Source: Tubiluchus corallicola (Eukaryota; Animalia; Priapulida). Taken from it: a stretch of DNA of 64,000 bases. Shown here one piece after another: positions 26,657 through 40,271 of the stretch. The notes below the pieces were generated by a model. It did no database searches. It saw nothing but the letters and a program-made list of their open reading frames with translations, and was not told where the DNA came from. The stretch covers positions 62,001 to 126,000 of the forward strand of contig JAQGDQ010000586.1 of assembly GCA_030141605.1 (NCBI GenBank), in the 5' to 3' direction. Made by a program: the position numbers and the translations under genes. Each line of letters begins with the position of its first letter. The stretch's first letter is position 1.

Positions 26657-26851
26657 CACTGGCTCACCTTCCCAGTGTGCACCACTGACTCACCCTTCCC
26701 AGTGTGCACCACTGACTCACCTTCCCAGTGTGCACCATTGACTCACCTACCCAATGTGCACCATTGACTCATATTCCCAGTGTGCACCACTGACTCACCT
26801 TCCCAATGTGCACCACTGACTCACCTTCCCACTGTGCGCCACTGACTCACC
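26657..26851. repeat. 26-bp minisatellite (~7.5 copies) CACTGACTCACCTTCCCAGTGTGCAC
   Basis: Direct reading; a single related copy sits at ~18621-18645. Confidence 0.92.
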
Positions 26852-27326
26852 AAAAAAACCAGTTCTTTAGTTCATTATTTGTTTATTCTATGGGTATTCC
26901 AAAGAATGCATGTGTTTTATATAGTTTCAGTATGTTCTTATTTATACATATTCATTTGTGCTTTTCGTACACATAATTGTGCAAGTGCACATGGTATCGT
27001 AATGCTACACTTTTTAGTGTGTCATGTCATTATTTGCACTTGCGCAACTACCTAGAATCGTAATTTGTCAAAATAGCTTGTCTAAATACTTGAGCTTCAG
27101 TTGGTTTAATTGTTATATCAATACTAACATGCATAAGTGTTGTTTTCTTGAGTAATTATTTATAATTTGTATGAGTACTTGATGATATAATACGACTACC
27201 TATTTTTCGTAAGTGTGCAAGAGCAATTTTTGGGCATATCCAGTATTTAGATTAGTGAATGTGCCCACCCAGCAAACCTTAATGGGTCAGTATAAGATTC
27301 AACGTGTGTCTCGTTTTCTTTATTAA

Positions 27327-27959
27327 AGGGAGATAGGATGATTTTCCATATAGTACCCGATTTTCAAGTCCGATAAAAAGTGTACATTTTGACACAATTA
27401 ATACTGCAAAATCGCTTCAGATAGTTAAATAACAGATTAAAAACTTAATTAACGCCAGGCGAGCACAACTGTTGATGACATCACAAACTAACATAATTTT
27501 CAGGAGCAATTATTCTATGAGCGTGATAATGCCCGCTTATATTCACAGATAATATTCCACGAGCGTGTTGCACGTGTTTGAGAACACGAAAAAATTAAAG
27601 TACAGTGCTACTGTAAGATATTCAATGTGTTGTATTAAAAGTAGGCATGTTTTAAGATAAAAATTAGAATTTCAGATTTACCACCGTGCTCACGCATGAG
27701 TGTCGAACGTCACAAATTAACACATTTGAACTGAGAGGTACAGTGCTTGTTTTTGTGCAGTTCCTTTCCGAAATGCAGGCGCTAGTGCCCGTCTAACTAG
27801 CGAGTACTGAAATGCATGTAACAACGAACGTGAAATTGTGTTTGTGCGTTAATAATTCTTTCACGAAAGTCTTTTTTGAAAACAATAGTACGTTTCCTTT
27901 CATTATTTTAAAGAGCAGATTGTTTTGACGTACGCTTTATGATTGGGTCTGGCTTTACT
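27327..27959. mobile_element. Kolobok-like element, family C
   Basis: TTAA|AGGG...ACT|TTAA; homologous to 10086-10655. Confidence 0.7.
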
Positions 27960-28129
27960 TTAAGGTACTGGAGATTTTTTCACCAATTGATATTTTTCTC
28001 CCATTTCATTTGCAAACTTTGTAAATAGTAACTTCAAACTAGTAATAATTTATTCTATCTGCATTTGTTTCACATTTGTGACTATAGGTGGCAGCACAGG
28101 TTTCTCTTTGATTGATGTTTTCGTTGCAG

Positions 28130-28375
28130 GCCATGGACATGGTCACCATCATGGTCATTCTCACAACACGGGTATTTCGCAGACAGCAGCGCGCTCTGTT
28201 GGCGGAGTTCGGTACCTGCAGTCGATGACGGATGAGCCAGAGAGCGAGGAGGACACTCCGCTGGAGGGCATTCCTAATGGTCTAGCTCCAAAAGCCGTGG
28301 AGGAGAAAGGATTAAGTACCCCAAGTCTTTCAGAGATACCCGCAAAAGAGTGTAAACAAAAGCAGAAACAGCTAG
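28130..28375 (+). CDS. SLC30A1: ZnT coding exon 3 (His-rich cytosolic loop)
   Basis: TTGCAG|(S)HGHGHHHGHSHN...KQKQL|GTATGT; phase 1 to 1. Confidence 0.92.
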
Positions 28376-28951
28376 GTATGTTAAAAAACAAAAACTTTAA
28401 TCTTTTTTGTCTTTAAAACAGCTTAGATTTAAATATAATGAAATATAATTTGAAGTATTGTTGGGCGATTTTAAAATTTTCTAATTCGATTATAATCTTG
28501 GTTCTTTTGCCATGACTTTTTATAGTTTTTGCCATATTTTTCAATGATTGCCGTGAAATATAACCTATGATTTCTTCCCGGGCTTCTAAAGTCGTTATCC
28601 TATAGATTTCCACACGTTTTTTCTGTGTGTAATATGTAATATATGTATGTATATGTAATATGTATATATATGTAAGTTCAATTACGGAAACAGGTAACGA
28701 GCATAGTAATGAATGTGACGCATTCTTGTGTGTTATGCAAAATTTGCAATTGTGCAACTACCTAGAATAGCAATTAATCAAAATGACTTATCTAAATACT
28801 AGGACATCAGTTGGTTTCATCGTTACATCAATATTGTCATGCAAAAATGTTGTTTGCTTGAGTAATTAGTTATAATTTGTATAATCAGTTGATGATGTAC
28901 ATGATAGTATAGCACACAGAACTAATTAGTTAAATTAACTAAATTATTTAA

Positions 28952-29712
28952 AGGAAGACCGGATGATTGTTTAGACTCAATCTCATTTTAACTTACTGTC
29001 CAAAATATGTACAATTTCTTGCGTATAAAAGTTAGCAATTGTTCCTTATGTTTGAATAGTTAGCTTAGAAAGTTAACTAACGGTAACCGAACACAGCTAG
29101 TTGCTTACGTCAGAAACTAATCACAGTTTGTGCAATGGCAGGCGTCTTCCCTTCTCGGTCAAACACATTTGCATAAGTGTTGCAGTACTGTTTAAACGCA
29201 TGACGTCACAAAAAATGTGCTTTACATCATATGACATCATGAAACTAACACTGCAGTTCATGATCATGCTTATCACGGTACCGCCTTCTATTTGTCCGCC
29301 ACGCGAATGTGTCAAAAAGGCGCCACTGCCAATCTTAGTAGATTCACTGAGACGTGCGTAGCTTTGAAAGTTTAACAAAATTTAGTAACCGAGGTGATTA
29401 TTATTTAATCTAAGCTTTGATTTAAAAAAGCTATTGTAGTTTTCAATATCTTTATAAACGCTCCCACACTCTTATACATGACCCTTTCCCGTAATAACTT
29501 TTCCCATACTGTACACGTACCTTTTAAAAAATGTTACATAAATGTTCATAAAAATGTTTTAAACTCTTAAACCTAGATACGTAGTTTTGACGGAGTATCG
29601 CAAAAACCCGCGAAACACCGAGTCCGCGATAAAAGAACCGCGAGGTAGCGAGGGAACGCTGTGGAGCATTCTTTATTCTGAACTAACGTTTACACAATCG
29701 TCCATTTTTCCT
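28952..29712. mobile_element. Kolobok-like element, family E
   Basis: TTAA|AGGAAGACCGGATGATTGT...TTTTTCCT|TTAA. Copies at 57257-57790 and ~60590-60770. Confidence 0.72.
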
Positions 29713-29882
29713 TTAATTAGTTTAATTCATTGATTAACGTCTAATAACGTACGTGTTCGGCTCGTGTTCCCTGAAAAGCTGACCCCATATAAATGACCAA
29801 CGAATACGTTGTTTTTTGTGTATTTCTCTTAATTTGTTTCCTTGCTTGAAATCATTATTAGTTGTTTTAATGTTTTTTTCAG

Positions 29883-30024
29883 CCTCCAGCGAACAGCTGA
29901 ACATGAAGGGCGTGTTCCTACATGTCCTGGGTGACGCATTGGGATCTGTTATTGTTATCGTATCAGCCCTGGTTGTAATGTTCATCGAAGGTGACTGGAA
30001 AGATTACGTTGATCCAGCCATGAG
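29883..30024 (+). CDS. SLC30A1: ZnT coding exon 4
   Basis: (A)SSEQLNMKGVFLHVLGDALGSVIVIVSAL...DYVDPAM; TM5 HxxxD motif; phase 1 to 2. Confidence 0.95.
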
Positions 30025-30399
30025 GTATTCTTATATATATATAATATGTATTATATAATAATATAATATATATATATATATTAATTCTTTATTTGTCATT
30101 AAAATGGTTCACTCATTATAATAAAATTGAGTAAGCCTCAGCGTAATGTTAAAATAACAACACTATTCAAGACAAATGCGTCCAGTGCAGACTAAAAAAA
30201 AACTACAGTGCAAAACTAAGGCCTAATTATATACAATAAATGAACATATTTACAAGCACCATATTAAAATATTTTTACAAAACAATATTACAAAAGTACA
30301 TTAAATTTTACGTGACATATTTTACACTATATATACATTTGACATGACACAATTAACAGAAACATGCTTTACATCACATAAATTTCACTAATTACAGTA

Positions 30400-31170
30400 C
30401 ATAATTTTCTAAAAAAAAATTCATTTTTAATTGTTTTATGTAGTCAGGGGCGGGGGTAGATGAAAGTGGAGTCTGTGTAATTAGTATCAGATGCACAATG
30501 TGGAAGTTGAAACCTGTTATACTGATATTCTTTTAATTTCTTTTTAAAGTGGTGGAGAGATTCTATTAGTTTTATTTCACTGGGTAGTAAGTTCCAAAAA
30601 TGTATGGCCTGTTTTGATATAGAGTTATTTCCAAATTTATTGTTTACTGTAATTTGCTTTAAATTGTGTGTTCTAGTGTTTAAAGTGGTATCAGGAATGA
30701 ATGCTAAGAGATTGTTTATAAATGGAATGCTCAGTTTGTTGATATATTTATAAAGAAATATCAGTGTTTTGTAATCTCGATAGGCTTCTAATATTGGTAT
30801 TTTTGTGGACGTTCTTAAGCTTGTCGCAGATGCAGCATGTTGTTTAGCAGTTTTGTTAGAGTAGCCATGAATTAATCAAAGTGCGTAATTTTGCATTGTA
30901 TTTAGTTTTCTAAAGTTTTCACTTTTAACGTTTCGAAGTAAAGTGCAGCCATACAGATAATGTGGTAATATTAGACTTTTGTAGATGAGAATTTTTGTTT
31001 TCTTGGTTAGATGGCCTCTGGTTTGGCATAAGAATATCGTGCTTAATGCCATCTTGTTGTGTATTTGTTCAAACTGTTCATCCCAAGTGAGTTTGTTTTC
31101 GACAGTAATGCCCAAAAATTTTACATTTTTTGCTTGTTCTTGGATTCTTTGGCAATTATCCAAACTAGCT
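30400..31170 (-). mobile_element. Degenerate LINE reverse-transcriptase C-terminal fragment
   Basis: KNVKFLGITVENKLTW...IYKSLILPHYLYG motif, interrupted by stops. Confidence 0.78.
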
Positions 31171-31589
31171 GCATTGAGACTGGCTTCCCTTTAACTTTTT
31201 CATTACGTAAATATAGACTCCACACCTGTGAGTTGTGCGGTAAATGTAAGGAGCTGTGCGATTGTCCGTCTACTTGTCCATTTTCCTTATACAGTAACTC
31301 CTCGCTTAACAGTTGTCATTGTGAACGACCGAAAATCATAAAAATACATTTAATTTGCAATTAGATTAATAACCTGTAAAACCGCTATTACTGTAGTAGA
31401 TCTTCTGTCTATCTGTTACCTATTCTAAAAATAGGTTTAACCTAATAGTGAACGGTTGCTGTAGTTTTGCTATATTCTGTACTACCAGTTGGCTTTTACA
31501 AGACATTATATGGACATCATTTTACCTGTATTTCTGTAGAAACTTCTATATCAATAGTATATTCTGCTGTTATACCTTATGTCAAGACG

Positions 31590-31850
31590 ACAGCACTGCA
31601 AAAATGGCTAGCTTGATTTAAATCATCGACCCCATAGTCTAACAGGCTTCTCAGGTACCCCTTGTGGTGTTTCCTGGCACCCCCAAGGGGTACTAGTACC
31701 CCAGGTTGGTAACCGAGGGACAACACTGCAAAAATGGCTAGCTTGATTTAAATCATCGATCCCATAGTCTAACAGGCTTCTTAGCTACCCCTTGCGGTGT
31801 TTGCTGGTACCCCCAAGGGGAACTAGTACTCCAGGTTGGGAACCGAGGTA
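31590..31850. repeat. 130-bp tandem duplication
   Basis: CACTGCAAAAATGGCTAGC at 31594 and 31724. Confidence 0.85.
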
Positions 31851-32442
31851 TTACAGCTTTAAAACTGATAAGAAAAAAGTAGTACAGCTTTAAAACTGAT
31901 AACAACCAATTCAGTTTAACTTACTTTTAAATTACAATTTAACTTACAATTTTAAATTATAAATTTTACAATTTATATATACTGTATATATTGTATATAG
32001 TCTATTATAATTTGCGTGTAATGTTATAATGTATATTTTGTTTTAAATTTGCACTGGACACAATTGCCTTTAGCAGTTGTGTGAATTTTATTCTCATGCT
32101 GCGATGTTCTTTTATGCTTTTATAGTTATGATTATCGATTTTTATGGCAAATAAAGATTATTATTATATATATATATATATAACACGGAATATGCATGCT
32201 GCACGACCTCCTCTGTAATCCGTGAGACGGACAACAGACTACTGTTTATGACTTGATGTGCCATCATGCCATAAAAAGGCACCTGTGTTTTAGCAATGCA
32301 ACAATGCCATCTGATAGAAATATAGGGAAGTAATCATAGGTTTAACTTAATCTATAGTCAGTAATCATTGAAGCAGACAAAGAATATTTTACTCTGCTTT
32401 TCGTATTTCAACACATGAGCAACATCAGCAAACCATTGCGGA

Positions 32443-32828
32443 ATAACAGATTTACCTTTTTTCCAAATCCTATCGTTAATTCCAGAACAAGTAACCTAAA
32501 AAAATGGGCCAAATACCCACTATGGAACGAACTCTGTAATCAAACAAGCAATTTTACTTTGGAATTCTCTACCATTACAGGTTAAACAAATCCAGTCCCT
32601 TTCAGCATTTAAAACAAAATTAAAATCACTAATATTAACCAGATATGAAAAACCATCACACCAGTATGCCAACATACACACTAATTCAGAATTCATATAT
32701 CCATATTAATAAAATCATAATTTCTTCATTTTCTGTGCATAGTTGTAAATATGTTTGATTTTATTCGTCGTTACTTTCCATTACTGCACAGTAGTTTAGA
32801 TTGCACTGACGCATTTGCCTTTAGCAGT
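32443..32828 (+). mobile_element. LINE 3' fragment, same family as 1495-1890
   Basis: Near-identical sequence over ~390 bp. Confidence 0.75.
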
Positions 32829-32845
32829 GCTTGAGCTGTGTGCGC

Positions 32846-33250
32846 ACTGTGCTGGGCTGTGAAGCAAACAGTACTACCCTGACGCCCTCTGGTTCCATAC
32901 AAGTATAAAGAAACACACCACTGTGCTGGGCTGTGAAGCAAACAGTACTACCCTGACGCCCTCTGGTTCCATACAAGTATAAAGAAACACACCACTGTGC
33001 TGGGCTGTGAAACAAACAGTACCACCCTGACGCCCTCTGGTTCCATACAAGTATAAAGAAACACACCACTGTGCTGGGCTGTGAAGCAAACAGTACTACC
33101 CTGACGCCCTCTGGTTCCATACAAGTATAAAGAAACACACCACTGTGCTGGGCTGTGAAGCAAACAGTACTACCCTGACGCCCTCTGGTTCCATACAAGT
33201 ATAAAGAAACACACCACTGTGCTGGCCTGTGAAGCAAACAGTACTGCCTT
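32846..33250. repeat. 74-bp minisatellite, ~5.5 copies
   Basis: Unit CTGTGCTGGGCTGTGAAGCAAACAGTACTACCCTGACGCC... repeated near-perfectly. Confidence 0.95.
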
Positions 33251-33561
33251 CATGCTTTCCGGTTCCGCACAAGTATAAAAAAGAACTAAAGAAAAAATAC
33301 TTATTATATTGAATATTATCGATAATACTGAGTGCAAATAGGGGGTGATACGGTTCCACGGTACTTATAAACGAGCTAATACTGTGCAAATGAAACGTTT
33401 GATTTATACGGTTATCTGGGAGCAGATAGATAGTTCACAAGCCTGTATTTACACAAAACTGATTTGTTTGCTGTCAGTCTGTAACTTGCTTTATATTTTT
33501 AACTTGTCTCTACTTTTGTGATATGTTGGTCTAGGTGTGTAGGAATGTAGAAATTTATATA

Positions 33562-33562
<1 letters not shown>

Positions 33563-33620
<58 letters not shown>
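33563..33620. repeat. (GT)n microsatellite
   Basis: Direct reading. Confidence 0.95.
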
Positions 33621-33626
<6 letters not shown>

Positions 33627-34632
33627 TGTGTGTTTGTCTAGCCAGAATAGAAAATTCCAAATGCGGGACACTCTTAAAATCTCTGTCTCTCTCTCTCTTT
33701 ACATATATATATATAGGGTCAGCGCATTTGTGACAAATTTATCAAATATGGAACGTCTGGCAACCCTGATAGCATGCATCCATTACATTTACGTTATATG
33801 CTTAAAAAACTTCAGCAGCTATTGTAATATCACACACACGCACCCACACACACGCACGCGCGCACACACACACACACACTCATAATAAGCTTTATTTGCC
33901 ATTAAAATACATCGATGATTTCTGATAAAAACTTTACACACACACACATATATATATATTATATATATATAGAGGATAGGATTTGGAAAAAAGGTAATTC
34001 TGCTATTCTGGAATGGTTTGCTGATGTTGTTCATGTATTTAAATATAAAAAGCAGGGTAACATATTCTTTGTGTGCTTCATATATCATCATCGGGGGTTT
34101 GTCCGGGTTTTGCCTCAATCCGTAAGTATGTACGGACATTGCCAACTGCAGAGGCGTACGACAGTATGAGACAAAGAAAAGCTCGTTAATTTTCAATACA
34201 AGATGTTGGTAACATCTCAAAATGCAACCCTTGTAAAAGCTTTGTGTACATATTTACTGAACAAAAGTAAGCGATACGCACATCACTATGGGTCACACGA
34301 CTCACACCGCTGTCGATACTATTCGCCAACGACTTAAAATGACGTCAGCTTCTGGGAGCCATTTTGTTTGTTTTTACGTGAATTTCTTTAAATTTGTATA
34401 GTTTTGCTGTTTTGCAATTGAGCCAAGAAGAATCAGGCGACTGACAGTTGCAGTGTGTTAATGTTTTTTACATTGTAGCCATTATTGTTATTAGAATACA
34501 TGTAGGCCTATTTGTATAATTAGCATTTTATTTTGCATTGTTTTAATAGACCCTAGACTGGTCATTTTGGCCTACTTACAAGTGTGCGAAAAAGTGTCCT
34601 CTTTTTCAACTCAGACAATATGGTAACCCTAC

Positions 34633-34673
34633 GAGAGAGAGAGACAGAGAGAAAGAGAGAGAGAGAGGGAGAG

Positions 34674-34753
<80 letters not shown>
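34633..34753. repeat. (GA)n microsatellite
   Basis: Direct reading. Confidence 0.95.
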
Positions 34754-34757
<4 letters not shown>

Positions 34758-34855
34758 AAGACTGTCCAGTATTTCTAATTTTCTATTCTGCCTACCCTAC
34801 ATGTTATTAATGTTTATAGTTTGTCAATAAAATGATTATATCTTTTTCTTTGCAG

Positions 34856-34899
34856 TATATTAATGGTTGGGATTATTTTATCAACCACTTTGCCTTTAC
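34856..34899 (+). CDS. SLC30A1: ZnT coding exon 5 (44 nt, TM6)
   Basis: TTTGCAG|(S)ILMVGIILSTTLPL|GTAAGT; phase 2 to 1 bridges exons 4 and 6 exactly. Confidence 0.9.
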
Positions 34900-35329
34900 G
34901 TAAGTATGCCTTCCTGCATCTCTCTGTGTTTGTAATTTTTGCATGGACAAGTTGGCAAATAGAATTGTCTTGTCTTCCTTTAAGAACTATTGGCATCTTG
35001 CATTTTTATTCGGGTGTACTAATATCACCGGGAGGTTGCCGAAATGAAATTTTTGTTGTGGCTAGCCGATAATTGCACTTTCGGTTAGGTTTAGTTTCAG
35101 TGAAATTTATTAAATTTTGTAGCCAAATTTTTCGATAATTTTCTGTAGCATTTTTCTGAGGTTTTACTAGTATTTATCCAGTTTACCTTTTCGTTTCTCC
35201 TAGATGTCAAAAACCACTGAAAAATCTTAGCTAAATTAGTTCAAATAAAGCGAAAATATCGGCTATATAACAGTTTGTGACGTGCTTTTGCCGGCAATGC
35301 GGCGTATCTTCAGTGCTGATGACTGTGAC

Positions 35330-35665
35330 AACAGGATCTACAGGCCCAATCAAACGAAAAATCAAACCACATTTGAATTTACCTGGATCTGCAGGCCCAA
35401 TCAAACCACATTTGAATTTACCTGGATCTGCAGGCCCAATCAAACAAAAAATCAAACCACATTTGAATTTACCTGGATCTGCAGGCCCAATCAAACGAAA
35501 AATCAAACCACATTTGAATTTACCTGGATCTGCAGGCCCAATCAAACCACATTTGAATTTACCTGGATCTGCAGGCCCAATCAAACAAAAAATCAAACCA
35601 CATTTGAATTTACCTGGATCTGCAGGCCCAATCAAACAAAAAAATCAAACCACATTTGAATTTAG
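35330..35665. repeat. 51/39-bp minisatellite with higher-order (51+39+51)x2 structure
   Basis: GGATCT anchors at 35334, 35385, 35424, 35475, 35526, 35565, 35616. Confidence 0.92.
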
Positions 35666-36065
35666 TTAAGCAAAATCACATTTCATTTTATAATTCATGA
35701 AATAAAGTCAATATAATATCTACAAAATAAAATTTGTTTATTTAAAAATGAAGCATTATGATCTTTAAATGTGAATCATTAAGGAAACTTAAATCCAAAA
35801 ACATTATAACACATTTTCTTCTAGGAAAGCAACTCCTTCAAGCTTGAGATTCTATACGATAAAACTTCCTTGTCCTTCTTGTATTCGAATTTTTTATCAA
35901 TAATTTTGCATCACGGCAAAGAAAAGCAAACAAACAAAACATTTTACTTATTTTAGAATTTTCACTTTTAATAGTAGTTGGTTCTGCAAAAATGTTTCGT
36001 TTCGGTTGCCTGTCGCTATCGGTTTCTTATCGTACATGTTAATTCTACTGGTATATATTTATATA

Positions 36066-36585
36066 CTAGCAAAGGCCCCGCAAAAAAATTTGCATATAAA
36101 TGCACGTATAATCAAAAATACGCAAACATCCTACCTAGTGTTTCTTTACTTCAGGGCGCCCTGCAACGGGCGTTTTCCCGGACCCAACTCGCGATTTTTC
36201 GAAATTTTGACCAAACAGCATGCGGAGAAACCCTCTAGCCGCACCTGGTGGGACTCTCGGAAGGAGATATGTAGCTCTTTAGAAAGAGCAAGAACACGGC
36301 TACACGATGATGTTGGCTATATTTTTAGTACACGTCCCACCAAGAGGAGTACTGACTAGTTAATTAGATGTTCTATTTTTGGCAATTTTCGCTTAGAAAA
36401 CTGCTGACGCAAAGTCATTGTTCTGACATGACTCCATCATACTCTGTCTATAACCTTATAGCTTTAATTCAGTAAAAGCTGCCTCTGCTGGCTTTGCGCT
36501 ATAAATGAGGACTAGGTGGGATGTTTGCGTATTTTTGATTATACGTGTATTTGTATGCAAAATTTTTTGCACGGCCTTTGCTAGT
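36066..36585. mobile_element. TIR MITE (CTAGCAAAGGCC...GGCCTTTGCTAG)
   Basis: Long terminal inverted repeats flanked by TA; related reverse copy from ~63278. Confidence 0.72.
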
Positions 36586-36808
36586 AGTTCATAAATTTTG
36601 GTTTGTGAATTCAGTTTTGGTAAAACATCCCTGACTAATACTCAATGGTGGCTTGGCAAGGTGAACTAGAGTCCTGTCAGAGAACGTGTGACTCTAGAAA
36701 CGAATGAATGAATGAAATACTGCATTATGAAAGAGAGAAAGAAATCGCTATTTAATTTTGTCCTGTTTCACGTCAAAGTTGCCTTTAATTCTGCTTTATT
36801 TCTTGCAG

Positions 36809-36891
36809 TAAAAGAATCAGGATTAATTTTATTGCAAACTGTACCGGAACACCTTGAGGTAGAAACCATGGAAAAGAAGCTTCTGGCAAAA
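36809..36891 (+). CDS. SLC30A1: ZnT coding exon 6
   Basis: TTGCAG|(L)KESGLILLQTVPEHLEVETMEKKLLAK|GTAAGT. Confidence 0.93.
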
Positions 36892-36896
36892 GTAAG

Positions 36897-37037
36897 TACC
36901 TTTTTTGCTCACTTATTAATTGTTACCTGTTTTGCTCACTTATTAATTCTTACCTGTTTTGCTCACTTATTAATTGTTACCTGTTTTGCTCACTTATTAA
37001 TTGTTACCTGTTTTGTTCACTTATTAATTGTTACCTG
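36897..37037. repeat. 27-bp minisatellite x5 directly behind the exon-6 donor
   Basis: Unit TTTTGCTCACTTATTAATTGTTACCTG. Confidence 0.92.
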
Positions 37038-37954
37038 AAAGAAACGATTTAATAGCATAGATACAAAAGCCTTTTCTTCATGTTCCCAGGATTTGCAACA
37101 TTTCTTATTAAGATCTACTGTTAAGCGGAAGCGTTATCTATGCGGAAATCTCTACCCTTCCTGCACGCATGTTTTGTCAAATATTTAGACACGCCAATCA
37201 TTGAATTTGTGCCATTTAGACATCACGTTAACTTTTACTTTGTGGTTCCAAGAACGTTTCCATATAAAACTTGCTATTTCTTTGGTAATTTTGGGGACCT
37301 TTTAGGTTCTTTACATGTAGCATCAGTTAGATTCATAGTGTGATATTGCTGAAGGATTCTTACAGGGGCAAATAATAGCTATGTATGGAAAATTTCCTAT
37401 ACAAAACCTACAGAATAATTTCGTACAACGATACGTAGCATCTAAACAGAATTTACAATCGGCAACCTGGTTTTTTACAGTCTTCCTTTGTGCATTATTT
37501 CCTGACCAATGCACTCGATGAAAAGCTAGCATTTTTGGCAGAGTTATTCTGCTATGACTAAGACTTTTTGAAAAGATTTGTGCGAGACGCAAACTTATTA
37601 TGCTCTTGCAAGTTCAACACAGTTATGTTGATGGAAAAGAACATTCTTTGTTGATTTTTTTGACTTTAATTACTAACTGAGGTCAAAGTTTACACGTGAA
37701 AACCTTAGTTACAACATGCTGTCGAGGTCAATACTAATTTATTTTGTGTTGCAACACATTTTTCCTAACTACGCACACCTGAATTATGTACCGATTGCAG
37801 ACAGTGATCTTTGAGCATTTAGCTGCAATGGGGGAAATCAATTTTTATCGAAAATTACATCAAGTGACCTTTGACCTCTTCAGCAGTGACATCTTTGTCT
37901 TTTTTCACTCAATTAGCAAACATAAAGATAATGAAATTAATATTGGCTGAAAAA

Positions 37955-37988
<34 letters not shown>

Positions 37989-39512
37989 GTGATAATTTAC
38001 ATGCGCTTGCAAACCAAAACCGTCCACAGTCGGCATAGTTAAAACTACGTTATGATGCTTCAAAGTAGAGCGTACCAATAATTTGGTCAAATTGGAATTT
38101 TTTGTTTTTTTTATGTAAACAAGTGCCAAATATATTGGACTTTTACAAATCTCTAACGTCAAATTATCAAGAAAATGTCCAAAAAATACTGTTATAACCC
38201 TGTGCTCACTTTTCATTTTTAGAAACTGGTGCTGCAATTGCAAATAACTTGTATTTTTAAACTCCGATTGTAGCTCATGGAAACAGTCAATTTGCCTGGC
38301 GGTTTTTGTGTTGCCAAGCCCAGATCTTCGTCAGGAAGAGAATCTACTAGTTTTAAACATAACTTCAATGTGCTCTTGCCAAGTCCGTAGCAACCACACT
38401 TTCGTACGATTCCTAAGTGTTTTGTAGAAATGCAGCAAAACACAATGGCTGACGTAAAAAAAATATTGGATTTATATTCTAGTACCAAATTGTCATGAAA
38501 ATGTTCAAAAATATTAAAAATCTAATTTTATAACTTCTTGCCCACTATCCTGTCTAGAAACTGGTACTGCAAAGTCTGCAATCGTAAAAAACTTTATAAC
38601 GCCAACTGCAGCTCCTGGAAGCTGTCATTTTGCCTCGGGAGTTTTCCTGTTGCCAAGGCTACATCTTCATTAGGAAGAGCCATCTACTGGATTTAAACAT
38701 AACTTCAATGTTTTCTTGCAAAGTCCGTAGCAAACAACATTTCTGTGGTTACTGAGTGTTTTGTAGAGACGCGACAAAAAACAATGGCTGACTTTAACAG
38801 TGATTTTCTCAAGGTTTCTCGGTGCGCTGCCTGCACTTCAACTTCAACGTGGATTATCTCAGCTTAGAAATAACATAGAGAGATGAATTTGGTATCAAAA
38901 TGATCCACATGAAATAGAGATTCAGGATATGTGAATAACATTTAACGATTATGGACGATTTTGTTGCGCAGGCACACAATTAGTAGCTCATAGGCTCTTC
39001 AACTTGCGTACCGAGTTTAGTCTTTAGTTACCTGTTTTGACTATCTTTATGTCCATTTGCTAGCAGTCGAATTCGAACGATTTTTTTAATTCGAATTTGA
39101 TTCAAACCTAAAATTATTGGATTCGAGTAATTCACCACTTCAACTGTAAATGTTCTTTATCATTAAAACATTTGAAACGTCATGCAATCTGCACAATTTA
39201 GCTGCAAGTTCTGTGCAAATTTTTTTAACAAATTATTTGTGTTTTTAGTGCAGAACAAAATCCAGCAATATGCACAATCTTTCTGAGACCGTTTTTCATT
39301 AGTGATTTGAAAATTCATTCGAAAATCTTTTAGGCTGAATTCAAATTCGATTCTTATTTCAAAATCTTGAAATTTGGCTTGATTCGAGTTCAAAAGTCAG
39401 TAATTCGATTCGAATTCTCCTGCTGATAGGAAATGCTCACCGCTACTATGTATATTCTTTAGCTTTGCGGCTCTTAATAAAATCTATTAATAGCAAAGTA
39501 AAGTCTTAGAAT

Positions 39513-40015
39513 CGGGGATGAGAATTTTCCGCGGATACGCGGAATTCCGAGTTTTTGGAAGAACAGTAGTGCCATTTTTGTAAATCGCGTGAATTCGTTG
39601 AGAAAATTTTTACGGACCCAGTACATTATTTCACAAACTGACCGCTAGTTGGCAGGCCGTCACTTTGTTTACATCACATACATCAGTGAAACCACGTGTA
39701 TATCTCTATGTATAAAAGTATAGAATCAATTGTGCGGAGTTATTTGAGTCAATTGCAGACAGTTTTTATATACTTTTGCATAGGAGCTGCCAGTGCTTAG
39801 GCGTTTTTGAGACAATTAGGTATCATGTATCCTTGATAGTTGGGTATTTTAAATTATGCATGAAACAAGGTAATTGATATTTTAAGTCCACTTAGAGGCT
39901 CTCTATGGTCACAAAATTGCAATTTGTTCCCCTTGAACCCCCATGTGGGGCTTACGCGGCCCCCAAACCCCCAGCCTGTTTCAGAGTTTTTTGCAATTTG
40001 TCATTCTCATCCCTG
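39513..40015. mobile_element. hAT-type MITE family F
   Basis: CGGGGATGAGAAT...ATTCTCATCCCTG; TSD CTTAGAAT/CTTACAAT. Second copy at 53200-53659. Confidence 0.85.
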
Positions 40016-40085
40016 CTTACAATACTAAACTAATTATAAGTTTGATTTTGTTCGATAGTAAACCAGACCTGTTTGTTTTTCGTAG

Positions 40086-40271
40086 ATTTCGGGCGTTCTC
40101 GCCGTACACGAATTCCACGTGTGGCAGCTGGCTGGCAACCGTATCATAGCGTCGGCCCACATACGCTGCCGCACTCTAAAGGATTACATGAAGATTGCGG
40201 AACAGGTGAAAGATTTCTTTCACAACGAGGGCATACATTCCACCACAATTCAGCCGGAATTTGTGGAACCG
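40086..40271 (+). CDS. SLC30A1: ZnT coding exon 7 (C-terminal domain)
   Basis: CGTAG|ISGVLAVHEFHVWQLAGNRIIASAHIRC...FFHNEGIHSTTIQPEFVEP|GTAAGT. Confidence 0.96.
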
